A stretch of 64,000 nt of DNA from Pedobacter sp. (GCA_050253415.1 JBFWJC010000001.1:1096679-1160678); one strand, 5' to 3'. Shown: positions 50,278-59,403, counted from the stretch's first letter. Translations and numbers: made by a program. The notes: a model not told the origin generated them from the sequence alone.

Positions 50278-50442
50278 CAGAAGGCTGTCGGACGAGCCAT
50301 GAACCGGCTACAAGTTCGGTTGAATGCCCATGCTTCAACTCCTTTTCGGCCATAACTGCAACTTCGAACCTTGAGGCGAGGTACAATTTATCCTAAGCAT
50401 TCCGGCTTTATGCTTCGCCCCGCATTGTCCGACAGATTCCTG
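50278..50442. mobile_element. Putative MITE-like element (165 bp)
   Basis: Terminal inverted repeats CAGAAGGCTGTCGGAC / GTCCGACAGATTCCTG (13/16 match) around non-coding DNA. Confidence 0.45.
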
Positions 50443-50468
50443 ATATGGCTAGTGGGCACAATACAACG

Positions 50469-50499
50469 AAAAAAGGCCCGTACGGGTAGTACGGGCCTT
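50469..50499 (-). terminator. Rho-independent terminator of nfnAB
   Basis: Minus strand AAGGCCCGTAC-TACCC-GTACGGGCC followed by TTTTTT. Confidence 0.85.
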
Positions 50500-50519
50500 G
50501 GTTATGCTCAAGGTAAAAC

Positions 50520-51932
50520 CTAGTTTTTTTGTTTCAAATAGGCATCGATAGCCACTGCTGCCGATTTGCCGTCGCCCATAGCCAGGATGACCGTGGCGCC
50601 GCCGCGCACAATATCCCCGCCGGCAAAGACGCCGGGCAGGTTGGTAGCACCGTTTTCGTCGGTTTCAATATTGCCCCATTTGTTGAGCTTTAAATCGGGG
50701 GCGGTAGCAGTCAACAGAGGGTTGGCACGGGTACCGATGGCGTTTACCACGACATCCACTTCAAGTTCAAAGGTTTCGCCTTCAATGGCCACCGGTCTGC
50801 GTCGGCCGGAAGCGTCGGGCTCACCAAGTTGCATCCGCTGGCACAGTAAGCCTTTGACCCAGCCGTTTTCATCCCCGAGGATTTCCAGCGGCGCGGCCAG
50901 CAGAATGAATTCGATGCCTTCTTCCTTGGCGTGGTGAATCTCCTCGATTCGCGCAGGCATCTCGGCTTCAGTGCGTCGATAGAGGATAATGGAGCGGTCT
51001 GCCCCGAGGCGCTTTGAAGTGCGCACCGCATCCATAGCTGTGTTGCCGCCGCCAATGACGGCCACCCGTTTGCCATGAATGATCGGCGTGGGGTGGTCGT
51101 TGCGCCAGGCAGACATCAGGTTGACGCGGGTTAGATATTCATTGGCTGAGTAAACCCCCTTGAGGTTTTCCCCTTCGATGTTGAGCATAACCGGTAGACC
51201 GGCACCGTTACCAATGAAAACCGCATCGAATTCCTGGCGTAACTCGTCCAGGGTGACGGTTTTCCCTACCACGACATTGCACTCGATTTCAACGCCCAGT
51301 TCCTGAAGTCTTGAAACTTCGGTGTCAACGATGCGTTTGGGTAAACGAAACTCGGGAATGCCGTAGCGCAGAACTCCGCCGGTGTCGTGCAATGCCTCAA
51401 ACAGGGTTACTCCATGCCCCTTGCGAGCCAATTCGCCGGCCATGGTAAGTCCGGCGGGGCCGGAGCCTACAATGGCAATTTTCTTTCCGGTCGGCTCCGG
51501 CAGTTTTTCCTTGGGTAATTTGTCCGGGTGGGCCAAAGCCCAGTCGGCGACAAACCGCTCCAGGTAGCCGACGGCTACCGGCGCGCCTTTAACGCCACGA
51601 ACGCAGACCTGTTCGCACTGGGTTTCCTGGGGACAGACCCGGCCGCACACGGCGGGCAGAGTGTTGTCTGCGAGCAAAATGCGTGCGGCCTCAGGCAGAT
51701 TGCCTTCGGCCAGAGCGGCAATAAAGTCGGGAATCCGGACTCGAACCGGGCATCCGGCAATACAGGGACGGCTTTTGCACAGTAGGCAACGCTGGGCTTC
51801 GCGGATAGCCTGCTCTTCGGTAAGCCCCTGATTGACTTCTTCAAAGTTGCCGATGCGGCGCTGTGGATCCTGTTCGGGCATTTTAACCCGTTCAATAGCC
51901 ATGCGTTCTTTGGGGGTCAGTTTTTTTTTCAT
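50520..51932 (-). CDS. nfnB: NfnB/SudA-type NADPH-binding flavoprotein (GltD-like large subunit of electron-bifurcating transhydrogenase)
   Basis: RCLLC...CIAGCP, CGRVCPQETQCE, GSGPAG, GGGNTAMD, AGGDIVRG; paired with an NfnA-type gene and no gltB nearby. Confidence 0.85.
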   Translation of the reverse strand: MKKKLTPKERMAIERVKMPEQDPQRRIGNFEEVNQGLTEEQAIREAQRCLLCKSRPCIAGCPVRVRIPDFIAALAEGNLPEAARILLADNTLPAVCGRVCPQETQCEQVCVRGVKGAPVAVGYLERFVADWALAHPDKLPKEKLPEPTGKKIAIVGSGPAGLTMAGELARKGHGVTLFEALHDTGGVLRYGIPEFRLPKRIVDTEVSRLQELGVEIECNVVVGKTVTLDELRQEFDAVFIGNGAGLPVMLNIEGENLKGVYSANEYLTRVNLMSAWRNDHPTPIIHGKRVAVIGGGNTAMDAVRTSKRLGADRSIILYRRTEAEMPARIEEIHHAKEEGIEFILLAAPLEILGDENGWVKGLLCQRMQLGEPDASGRRRPVAIEGETFELEVDVVVNAIGTRANPLLTATAPDLKLNKWGNIETDENGATNLPGVFAGGDIVRGGATVILAMGDGKSAAVAIDAYLKQKN

Positions 51933-51940
51933 AATATATG

Positions 51941-52798
51941 TTATCGTTTCACTTTGATAATTTTATCGCGTAGTTCTTCGGGGAGATCCGCCATGATTTT
52001 GGCTTCGGTCTCCCGGTACATGGACAGGCGATCCATAAGCAAATCAAAATCAACAAGATGGCCGTCGAATTCGGGACCATCGACACAGGCGAATTTAGTT
52101 TCGTCGCCAACCTTCACTCGGCAACCACCGCACATGCCCGTGCCATCGATCATGATGGGGTTTAGGCTGACAATGGTTTTAATGCCGTAAGGTCGCGTCA
52201 GTTCTGCTACCGCCCGCATCATGGGGACTGGGCCGATGGCAAACACCGCGCTGGGTCGCTTGTCCGGATTGTCGATCAGTTCCTGCAGTACATTGGTCAC
52301 AAAGCCCTGCTGTCCCAGACTGCCATCTTCTGTGGCAATCAGTACGTCGGTGGAAAAGGCAGCCAACTCTTCGGCAAGAATGATGAAGGGCTTGGAGCGT
52401 CCTCCGATAATGGTGGTTACCTCGTTTCCCGATTCGGCCAAGGCTTTGGCCAGGGGGTACAGAACCGCCGTGCCGAGTCCGCCACCCACACAGGCAACAC
52501 GCCCCCACTGTTCAATCTCCGTTGCTTTCCCCAGCGGGCCGGCAATGTCACGGATCGAGCCGCCGACCGGAGTGCTCACGATTTTAAGGGTAGATGCACC
52601 AACAGCCTGAATAAAAAGAGTAATGGTACCCGCTTGCGGATCGGCATCTCCGATGGTCAGGGGGATGCGCTCGCCATCCACTTCGGGATGGACAATGACA
52701 AACTGACCCGGTTGCCGGGCTTTGGCGATGCGCGGAGCGCGAATAACCATGCGATGCACGTTAGGCGCCAAGGTATCATTTTGCAGAACTTCGAACAT
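51941..52798 (-). CDS. nfnA: NfnA/SudB-type FAD/[2Fe-2S] subunit
   Basis: PGQFVI, ERIPLTI, GGGLGTA, IGPVPMM, MIDGTGMCGGCRV...CVDGPEF; ATG 52798 after GGAGAG. Confidence 0.87.
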   Translation of the reverse strand: MFEVLQNDTLAPNVHRMVIRAPRIAKARQPGQFVIVHPEVDGERIPLTIGDADPQAGTITLFIQAVGASTLKIVSTPVGGSIRDIAGPLGKATEIEQWGRVACVGGGLGTAVLYPLAKALAESGNEVTTIIGGRSKPFIILAEELAAFSTDVLIATEDGSLGQQGFVTNVLQELIDNPDKRPSAVFAIGPVPMMRAVAELTRPYGIKTIVSLNPIMIDGTGMCGGCRVKVGDETKFACVDGPEFDGHLVDFDLLMDRLSMYRETEAKIMADLPEELRDKIIKVKR

Positions 52799-53332
52799 GT
52801 TCTCTCCAACGGATAGAAAAGGAGTGGTCAACGTCCCGCCCTGTGATGGGGGAATTAACGCTCTCCCGTTAAACTCGCGATTCTCAACTCAAAAAGAAGG
52901 TTTCATAGAGAGAGAAAGTAAACCATCTGATAGTATCAGTTTGGGTTTTTCAATTCAACCAATACATTGTTTCCGGGATGTTTTGCTGTTTACGATATTC
53001 TTCAGGGGCTTTTTACAATAATTCCGGACTTTGTGGGGATGTGAAATCCCGCTAAGACCATCGCGTGGACAGGATGAGAAATGGAGCCGATTGGTAGGGG
53101 TTTGCTGCCAGTGAGACCGATTCGAGCGTTGTTCGCGGCAAGATTTTCTGCTACGGTTTCCTTGTACCGTTTTGTATCTCAATCGTTTTTCAGAAGATTG
53201 TCTAAACAAGAGAGCGGGGCATGCCGAACCGTGTCGCATGTTTCGGGAAACTGTCCTCGTTTTTGTCGGATAATAGGTATTTGCCAAGGGTTGTTCCGGT
53301 TCGTCTTTAACTCTATAGAGAGGTGATTGGTT

Positions 53333-53923
53333 ATGCTGGAAATACGTCGGCAGGCATTGCGAGGAGCTTTGTGCGACGCAGATGAAGGTATCCGTCAGGC
53401 AGCCGCTGAGGCGTTAGAGCGCTTGGAAGCCGTGCAGAGTTTGGATGATATTCTGCAGATCCTCAAGTCAGGCAACCGGGGCCTGCAGGTGCGTGCAATT
53501 TTTGCACTTGAGAAGGTCCAGAGTCCCCGGGTGTATGCGCCTTTACTGGCGGCTCTCAAGGTTGCCGATGCCGATATCCGTTGCGCAGCGATTCAGGTCC
53601 TCGGTGAAAAAAAACATGTCAAGGCCCTGGAATATCTTGTTCGCCATCTCAAGGATCCTCACCCTGCGGTAAGAGTGCACGCTGCCTGCGCATTGGGCAA
53701 TTTCTCCGATCCCCGCCTGGTTCCCTATCTGGTGGCTGAATTGGGCAGCAGCGATGAAGAGCTGGTAGTCAGTGTGCTCGATGCATTGGGGGGGATCGGT
53801 GCTGCGGAAGCCGAAGGTGCCGTGTTGAGCTTGGTTCAGGATGATCGTCTGCGCGTGCGGCGCGCCGCCATCAAGGCTTTGGGTTGCCTGGGGATTGATG
53901 ATCCCGCTGGAGCCTCTGATTGA
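53333..53923 (+). CDS. HEAT-repeat (PBS lyase-like) protein
   Basis: About 31-aa repeats D....(V/I)R..A..ALG; ATG 53333 after GAGGTG. Confidence 0.85.
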   Translation: MLEIRRQALRGALCDADEGIRQAAAEALERLEAVQSLDDILQILKSGNRGLQVRAIFALEKVQSPRVYAPLLAALKVADADIRCAAIQVLGEKKHVKALEYLVRHLKDPHPAVRVHAACALGNFSDPRLVPYLVAELGSSDEELVVSVLDALGGIGAAEAEGAVLSLVQDDRLRVRRAAIKALGCLGIDDPAGASD

Positions 53924-53950
53924 GAGCCGTTTCGGGGGGGGTGGACGGAG

Positions 53951-55291
53951 CTAAAGGTAGTCGATGACTTCCACGCCTTTAAGGAACGGATCGACTTCGG
54001 AGACGATCCGTTTTTTTTCTGCAGCGGAAAGGTTAAGCGTGCGTGGTTTTTCCAGATGCTCCCCGAGGGGGTCAAACAGGATCTTTAGTTCAACGGCGTC
54101 GGGGTTATCGATTCCGACACGTCCCACCACGCCGATTTCATTATTATCCAGGCGTACCAAGGTGCCAACCGGGTAAGTTCCCAAAGCAAAGATAAATGTT
54201 TCCAGATACCCCGGGTGTAACAGGGTCCCGGCCAGGCACAGGAGCTCCTGTATGGCTTTGCGAGGGGTAATAGGGCGTTGGTAGGGGCGCAGAGTGGTGA
54301 TGGCATCGTAAGTGTCGGCAATGGTAGTCATGTCGATCAGGTCAAATGAACCACTGATCCCCGCGTTTTGAGGATAGCCTCTCCGGTCAAAATGCAGGTG
54401 GTGCCCAAGTACGATGGCGCGGGCACTGTCGGTCAAACCACCCATCTGGTCGATGATCGCTGCGCCCATATCGGGGTGCTTTTTAATTTCTGAAAATTCT
54501 TTTTCCGATAGCTTTCCTGGCTTGTTGATGATGGCCAGGTCGATTTTGAGTTTGCCTATATCATGCAATAGACTACCGATACCCAGCGTACGCAATTCGT
54601 CTTCCGACAGACCGGCTGCTCTGCCGACCGCCAGGGCAAGCACCGAGACATTTACCGAATGGGTAAAGGTGTAGTTATCGTAATTTTTCAGCAGACTCAG
54701 CGCCAGTAGCGCGTGCGGATCCGCAAGGGTCATGCGAGCCATGTCCTTGACGACCTTTTGTGCTTCCGCCGATGACGGGATGCGACCCAGTCGCACATCC
54801 TGGAATATGCTATTGACCACCTTGAGGGCACGACCGAAAATTTTTCGGGCGGATTGCCGGTCGGTATCCTCCTCGCTCTCTTCAGGCAAAAAACGGATGT
54901 TGCGGATATCGTTCTGTCGGAACAGTTCTTCAAACTCTTCGTGGCCCAATGCCGTGCCGTTTAAAAACTGCAGGAGAAGTTTGAGCTCATGGTTCTCAAT
55001 GCCTTCAAGAAACTCGATCCCTGCCAACTGCTTTTCCTGAAACAGGCGACAGAGGTTTTCCGCTGCCGGATGGGGATCGGCAAACAGGTGGTCATTAACG
55101 AATAAGGTATCCTGCAGGATGCCGATACGCAGCTGGGTCCGCCCTTGCAAAAGGTTTTTCAGCAGTCCGGTGGCGGCTTGAAGTTGTTTTTGAATGATAG
55201 GGTGCTGCACAGGGTAGAGCCGTAATCCCTTAAGGGCCCCCGATAGGCTGTTAACCAGTTGTTTCAATGGATCCATTTGCATAGGCGTCAA
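53951..55291 (-). CDS. HD-GYP cyclic dinucleotide phosphodiesterase
   Basis: YTFTHSVNV, LLHDIGK, KHP, HHLHFDRRGYP, IADTYDAITTLRPYQ; start uncertain (55291/55282/55276). Confidence 0.88.
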   Translation of the reverse strand: MTPMQMDPLKQLVNSLSGALKGLRLYPVQHPIIQKQLQAATGLLKNLLQGRTQLRIGILQDTLFVNDHLFADPHPAAENLCRLFQEKQLAGIEFLEGIENHELKLLLQFLNGTALGHEEFEELFRQNDIRNIRFLPEESEEDTDRQSARKIFGRALKVVNSIFQDVRLGRIPSSAEAQKVVKDMARMTLADPHALLALSLLKNYDNYTFTHSVNVSVLALAVGRAAGLSEDELRTLGIGSLLHDIGKLKIDLAIINKPGKLSEKEFSEIKKHPDMGAAIIDQMGGLTDSARAIVLGHHLHFDRRGYPQNAGISGSFDLIDMTTIADTYDAITTLRPYQRPITPRKAIQELLCLAGTLLHPGYLETFIFALGTYPVGTLVRLDNNEIGVVGRVGIDNPDAVELKILFDPLGEHLEKPRTLNLSAAEKKRIVSEVDPFLKGVEVIDYL

Positions 55292-56916
55292 AGTTCAGAC
55301 CATTGATTCATGGTTCTCGATGCAGATTGGGCAATGCGATGATCACGCTCGTGTCTGAGCGCTTCCAAAACGGGTTTGGAGGAGGGGCTGCCAATCTGCC
55401 CCAGGGCAGCAATGGCTTGAATGCGCAAAACAGCCCCTCGGGATGGCCTCCACAAGGGCCGGCGTTTCGCCAGCCGCTCAAGTTCGGGGGCGGCTTCAGG
55501 CGCGCCAATGCGGCCCAGTGCCTTGATTGCAGATGTTTTAAGCTCGGTTTTTTTCATGAACGGATCCCGGCTTTTGATGATTTTGACCAAGCTTGGTACC
55601 GCCGCGGGGTTGCGCATGATACCAAGGGCAAGGATTGTTTGAGGATAGAGCTCACTGTGGCCGCTGTCAACCAGTTGTAGTAGGGATTTGACAGCTTGGT
55701 CTCCACCTATGCGCGCCAGCGCACGGATTGTCTCGCGTGCGATGCGCAAATCTTCATGCCAAAGCAGTGGGTGGAGGTGGCCGGCGGTGTGCGGACCACC
55801 GATCTGCCCAAGTATGGCGACCACGTTGCGAACCATATACCAGTGTTCGTCCTGCAGAGCCAATATTAAATCGGGAATCGCGATGGGGCCCAACTTGGCC
55901 AGGGTGGTCGACAGAAGTTTACGCGCAAAAGCATCTTTTTCACTGGCCAGGCGATATATCAGAGGGCGCACGGTTTTTTCGCGCAGAAAGACCATTGTCT
56001 GCATGCACTGATCGCGCAAAGGTTTGGGGACACCGCGCGTACACAGAGTGTTGATCAGGAAGTCCAGAACATCTTTTCCTGTCAGTTGATTCAGGCAGTG
56101 AAGAACTTCGCTACGTCGAGACTTGCTTTGTTGCCGGTTGCCAAACAGGACGGCCAGGGTGCGGAATGTCTGCAGCACCAGGATTAGATGCTTTTCGGAC
56201 AGATGCTGATGAAGATGCCTTGGCAACCTGTCCAGCAGTTGTTTGAAGCGGCGGTCCGATGCTTCTCTTGGCAACTGTATGAGGATCTGTTCGAGGCTGA
56301 GGAGGTCGATGAGCTGCTCAGCCATGGAAGAGTCGCCGGTTGTTTCGGTGGCCACTCCCTTAAGCTGTTTGATTGACTCCGTCCCGGAGGAGGGTGCCTC
56401 TTGCAACTTTTTATCGCTGCCGACAGATGTTTTATTGTCCCTGTTCTCGATGCGTTGCTTGGCTGCACGAATAACGGATAAATCAAGTTCGTTGATCCAT
56501 ATACCTGTTGCTTGCTCCGCCAACAGCAATTCCTGCATCCCTCCCTTTTCCTGCATGTCAGTGGGTTTGAGGATGACATTGCGAGAAAAAACAACAAGGT
56601 CTCGGGCTGTCAGTTCAGGGAGAAACAGCAGTTGCTGTATGCGTCTTGCAAATAAAAAGTGAGCCAGGCTGCGGATGCCTGCATGTTCTTGGGCGCATGT
56701 TTCGTCATCGAGAAGGATGCGATCTTTGCGGACATTTATCACCAAGTTGCCATTCTGGAGCAATGGACGAAAGGCTTCCATGGCCTCTTCGCTTACCTGC
56801 TTCAACGTTGGATGTTCTGCTGGGTAGAAGCGAATGGTTTTAATCAGCTTGATCAATTTGATCAAGGCTGCACGTAAAAGGTCCATGCTCTGAAATTGTT
56901 GAGTATCTGGGGTCAC
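55288..56916 (-). CDS. Large HEAT-repeat protein with N-terminal YPxxHP domain
   Basis: C-terminal HEAT repeats (DEHWYMVRNVVAILGQIG, AIKALGRIG); stop codon overlaps or abuts the HD-GYP start. Confidence 0.85.
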   Translation of the reverse strand: MTPDTQQFQSMDLLRAALIKLIKLIKTIRFYPAEHPTLKQVSEEAMEAFRPLLQNGNLVINVRKDRILLDDETCAQEHAGIRSLAHFLFARRIQQLLFLPELTARDLVVFSRNVILKPTDMQEKGGMQELLLAEQATGIWINELDLSVIRAAKQRIENRDNKTSVGSDKKLQEAPSSGTESIKQLKGVATETTGDSSMAEQLIDLLSLEQILIQLPREASDRRFKQLLDRLPRHLHQHLSEKHLILVLQTFRTLAVLFGNRQQSKSRRSEVLHCLNQLTGKDVLDFLINTLCTRGVPKPLRDQCMQTMVFLREKTVRPLIYRLASEKDAFARKLLSTTLAKLGPIAIPDLILALQDEHWYMVRNVVAILGQIGGPHTAGHLHPLLWHEDLRIARETIRALARIGGDQAVKSLLQLVDSGHSELYPQTILALGIMRNPAAVPSLVKIIKSRDPFMKKTELKTSAIKALGRIGAPEAAPELERLAKRRPLWRPSRGAVLRIQAIAALGQIGSPSSKPVLEALRHERDHRIAQSASRTMNQWSEL

Positions 56917-57071
56917 GGGGTTTTATCTCAGAAAGAAATGTGTATTTTCTTATTGAACCATTAGCTTAACGTTTCGTAGGCTGGTTGTAAATAGCTTTTA
57001 TATCGTGCAAAATAGCCGACTGTTGTGATTGCTTTTTGCGGATTTACAGCAGGCTATCAAAAGGGGGCGGT

Positions 57072-57695
57072 ATGCTGGTCTTGGGTTTGACAGGGGGGAT
57101 CGCCAGCGGCAAAAGCATGGTGGCGGGAATGTTTCAAAATCTCGGTGCCGAAGTGGTTAGTGCTGATGACCTTGCCAGGGACGTGGTGCGCCCCGGGTCG
57201 GCCATCCTTGCCCGCATTGCTGAACAATTTGGCAATCAGGTGCTGCGAAGTGATGGAGGCTTGAACCGACCAGTTCTGGCAGAAAAGATTTTCTCTGATC
57301 CTCAGGCGCGTAAGGCCCTGGATCGGATTACCCATCCCGCTATTGCTGAACTGGCTTCCCGGAGATTTAAGGCCCTTGCGCAAAAAGGATCCAGGATTGT
57401 CGTGTATGATGCTCCGCTATTATATGAGGCCGGTGCGGATAAGCAGGTCGACGAGGTGGTTGTGGTAGCGGTAGATGCGGAAACCCAATTGCGGCGGCTG
57501 ATGTTGCGCGACGGACTCGATCAACTGGCGGCCAAAGCGCGCATAGATGCACAGATGCCCTTGGTACAAAAGATTGCACGGGCGGATTATGTCATCGACA
57601 ACAACGGTTCGTTGGAGGCAACCCGGCAACAGGTTGTGGCCCTTATGGCGCGACTTGATCCGGTGGCAGGTGATTCCTGTCTTCCGAAGTTATAA
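57072..57695 (+). CDS. coaE: Dephospho-CoA kinase
   Basis: GLTGGIASGKS; THP; DAPLLYE; ADYVIDNNG. Confidence 0.95.
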   Translation: MLVLGLTGGIASGKSMVAGMFQNLGAEVVSADDLARDVVRPGSAILARIAEQFGNQVLRSDGGLNRPVLAEKIFSDPQARKALDRITHPAIAELASRRFKALAQKGSRIVVYDAPLLYEAGADKQVDEVVVVAVDAETQLRRLMLRDGLDQLAAKARIDAQMPLVQKIARADYVIDNNGSLEATRQQVVALMARLDPVAGDSCLPKL

Positions 57696-58452
57696 AACGC
57701 AGAATAAGGTCAAGCATGGGCTGCCAGGAAGGATGGTCCGGGGCGGCAAGGCCATGTCCGGTCTGGGGGCCGAACAGGTGATATTCTTTGCATTCGCTTC
57801 CAAGGCGCAGGAATAGGTCGTAGCCACTGGCAACTTTTACGGTCTGGTCGCCCAAGGCGTTGATGGCCAATGTAGGGACTGTGATTGAGGGCAGCGTGGG
57901 TCGAATGTGACGGATAAGTCGGCAGATCTGGTAGACACCATTGACGGGGCGTCGATCGTAGTAGAACCCTGCTAAGTGTGCGGGCAGTTCACGTTTCTGG
58001 AATTTTCGGAAATGACGCAGTATACCGGTAAAGGGTGCCAGGCGATGAAGCATGGCCAGGAAGGGGGATAGCAGAACCATGCTGCTGAAATTCCGGCTCG
58101 TGGCAAGCGCCAACAAAACCAGGGCGCCGGTGCTGATGCCGATAGTATGAACTCTGCCGGTTTCCTGTTGCAATCTATCGTGAGCTTCGCGGGTGGCAGT
58201 AACCCATTCTTCAAAACGGCGCTGACAGAGATCCTCCGGGGTCGTTCCGTGACCAGGCAGGCGGACAGCGGTAACCGGGAACCCAGCCTGGCGGAGGACT
58301 TCACCGAGGGGGCGCATCTCCCAGGGGGAGGCAGTAAAGCCATGCACGAGCAGTATCCCTGGTTTCCCCGGAAAATCCGGTTCCAGGTGAAACTCCTGGT
58401 TTTGCAAGTTTGATGGATCGCAGGAGTGTAAATTGTTTTTACATGGGTTCAT
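57643..58452 (-). CDS. Alpha/beta hydrolase (carboxylesterase/lipase family)
   Basis: LLVHGFTASP, LPGHGT, GISTG nucleophile elbow, D..V, GH; start uncertain. Confidence 0.82.
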   Translation of the reverse strand: MNPCKNNLHSCDPSNLQNQEFHLEPDFPGKPGILLVHGFTASPWEMRPLGEVLRQAGFPVTAVRLPGHGTTPEDLCQRRFEEWVTATREAHDRLQQETGRVHTIGISTGALVLLALATSRNFSSMVLLSPFLAMLHRLAPFTGILRHFRKFQKRELPAHLAGFYYDRRPVNGVYQICRLIRHIRPTLPSITVPTLAINALGDQTVKVASGYDLFLRLGSECKEYHLFGPQTGHGLAAPDHPSWQPMLDLILRFITSEDRNHLPPDQVAP

Positions 58453-58473
58453 CGGCGCCCCGGAAAAAGGAAT

Positions 58474-58516
58474 GAGCCGCCTGGCTTGGTGCATTCTGCA
58501 ACATGCCAGGCGGCTC
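58474..58516. terminator. Long hairpin, probable terminator downstream of the IclR gene
   Basis: 12-bp perfect stem GAGCCGCCTGGC / GCCAGGCGGCTC, with further inner pairing and A/T-rich flanks. Confidence 0.6.
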
Positions 58517-58614
58517 TTTTGGTGCGTATCGGAACAAAACGGTGGTTGCTGATCTTCGGATTCTAACCGCCAACGTTTTTTGGATGGTCTCGAAATTGGT
58601 GGCTCTGGGGTGCT

Positions 58615-59403
58615 TTAGTTTTTGTGAAAGCCAAGCCGGCTGGACAGCTCATCGGCAGCTTTTACCACCAGGGGCATGAGCTCTTGCTCGATGCGTTCGT
58701 CGGTGAAGCGAATCGACGGACCTGAGATGCTCAGGGAACCAATGATTCTCCGGGTATAATCCCGGATGGGAGCAGCGACACACCGGACGCCAAGGTCCAG
58801 CTCCTCATTGTCGAGGGCATAGCCCTTTTCCGCCACGTCTTTAAGGGTTTCCTTGAGTTTCTCCCGGTCAGTAACGGTGAACTCGGTGTAGCTTTTGAGT
58901 TCTTCTTTGGGGAGCAGGGCTTCGAGTTCTTCCTCAGACATGAAGGCCAAATGTACTTTGCCGGCCGCCGTAGCGTAGGCTGGAAGCCGCGAACCTACCC
59001 GGGAGACAACCCGTACCGTATTGTGGGTTTCGACGACATCGAGGTATACAATGTGTCCTTCCTTGAAGATTGCCAGGTAGGAGGTTTCATTGCAGGCTTC
59101 TACGATGCTGTCGAGAACCGGCTTGGCCTGGTGTAACAGCCCCATTTTTTTGATGAAAGTCTGGCCCAGCTCAAGAGATTTCAGTCCGAGCCGGTAGTTT
59201 TCGGTTACCTTGTTTTGTTCGATGTATCCGCGTGCTTCGAGTGTGGCAAGTAATCGAAAAACATTGTTTTTATGTAGCCTCAAGCGCTTGCTGAGTTCGG
59301 TTACGCCAAGTTCATCAACGTCATCGCTGTGAAATTGTTCAAGCAGGTCGAGGGCATGCGATACCGCTTGAATCATATACTCGGATTTTTCCTTTTTTGC
59401 CAT
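58615..59403 (-). CDS. IclR family transcriptional regulator
   Basis: N-terminal HTH GVTELSKRL..HKNNVFRLLATL; G.RLPAYATAAGK; GYALDNEE..LGVRCVAAPI. Confidence 0.93.
   Translation of the reverse strand: MAKKEKSEYMIQAVSHALDLLEQFHSDDVDELGVTELSKRLRLHKNNVFRLLATLEARGYIEQNKVTENYRLGLKSLELGQTFIKKMGLLHQAKPVLDSIVEACNETSYLAIFKEGHIVYLDVVETHNTVRVVSRVGSRLPAYATAAGKVHLAFMSEEELEALLPKEELKSYTEFTVTDREKLKETLKDVAEKGYALDNEELDLGVRCVAAPIRDYTRRIIGSLSISGPSIRFTDERIEQELMPLVVKAADELSSRLGFHKN

Noticed and set aside
52955..53326. Short ORFs in the nfnA-HEAT spacer
   Set aside because: No SD or motifs, and atypical composition
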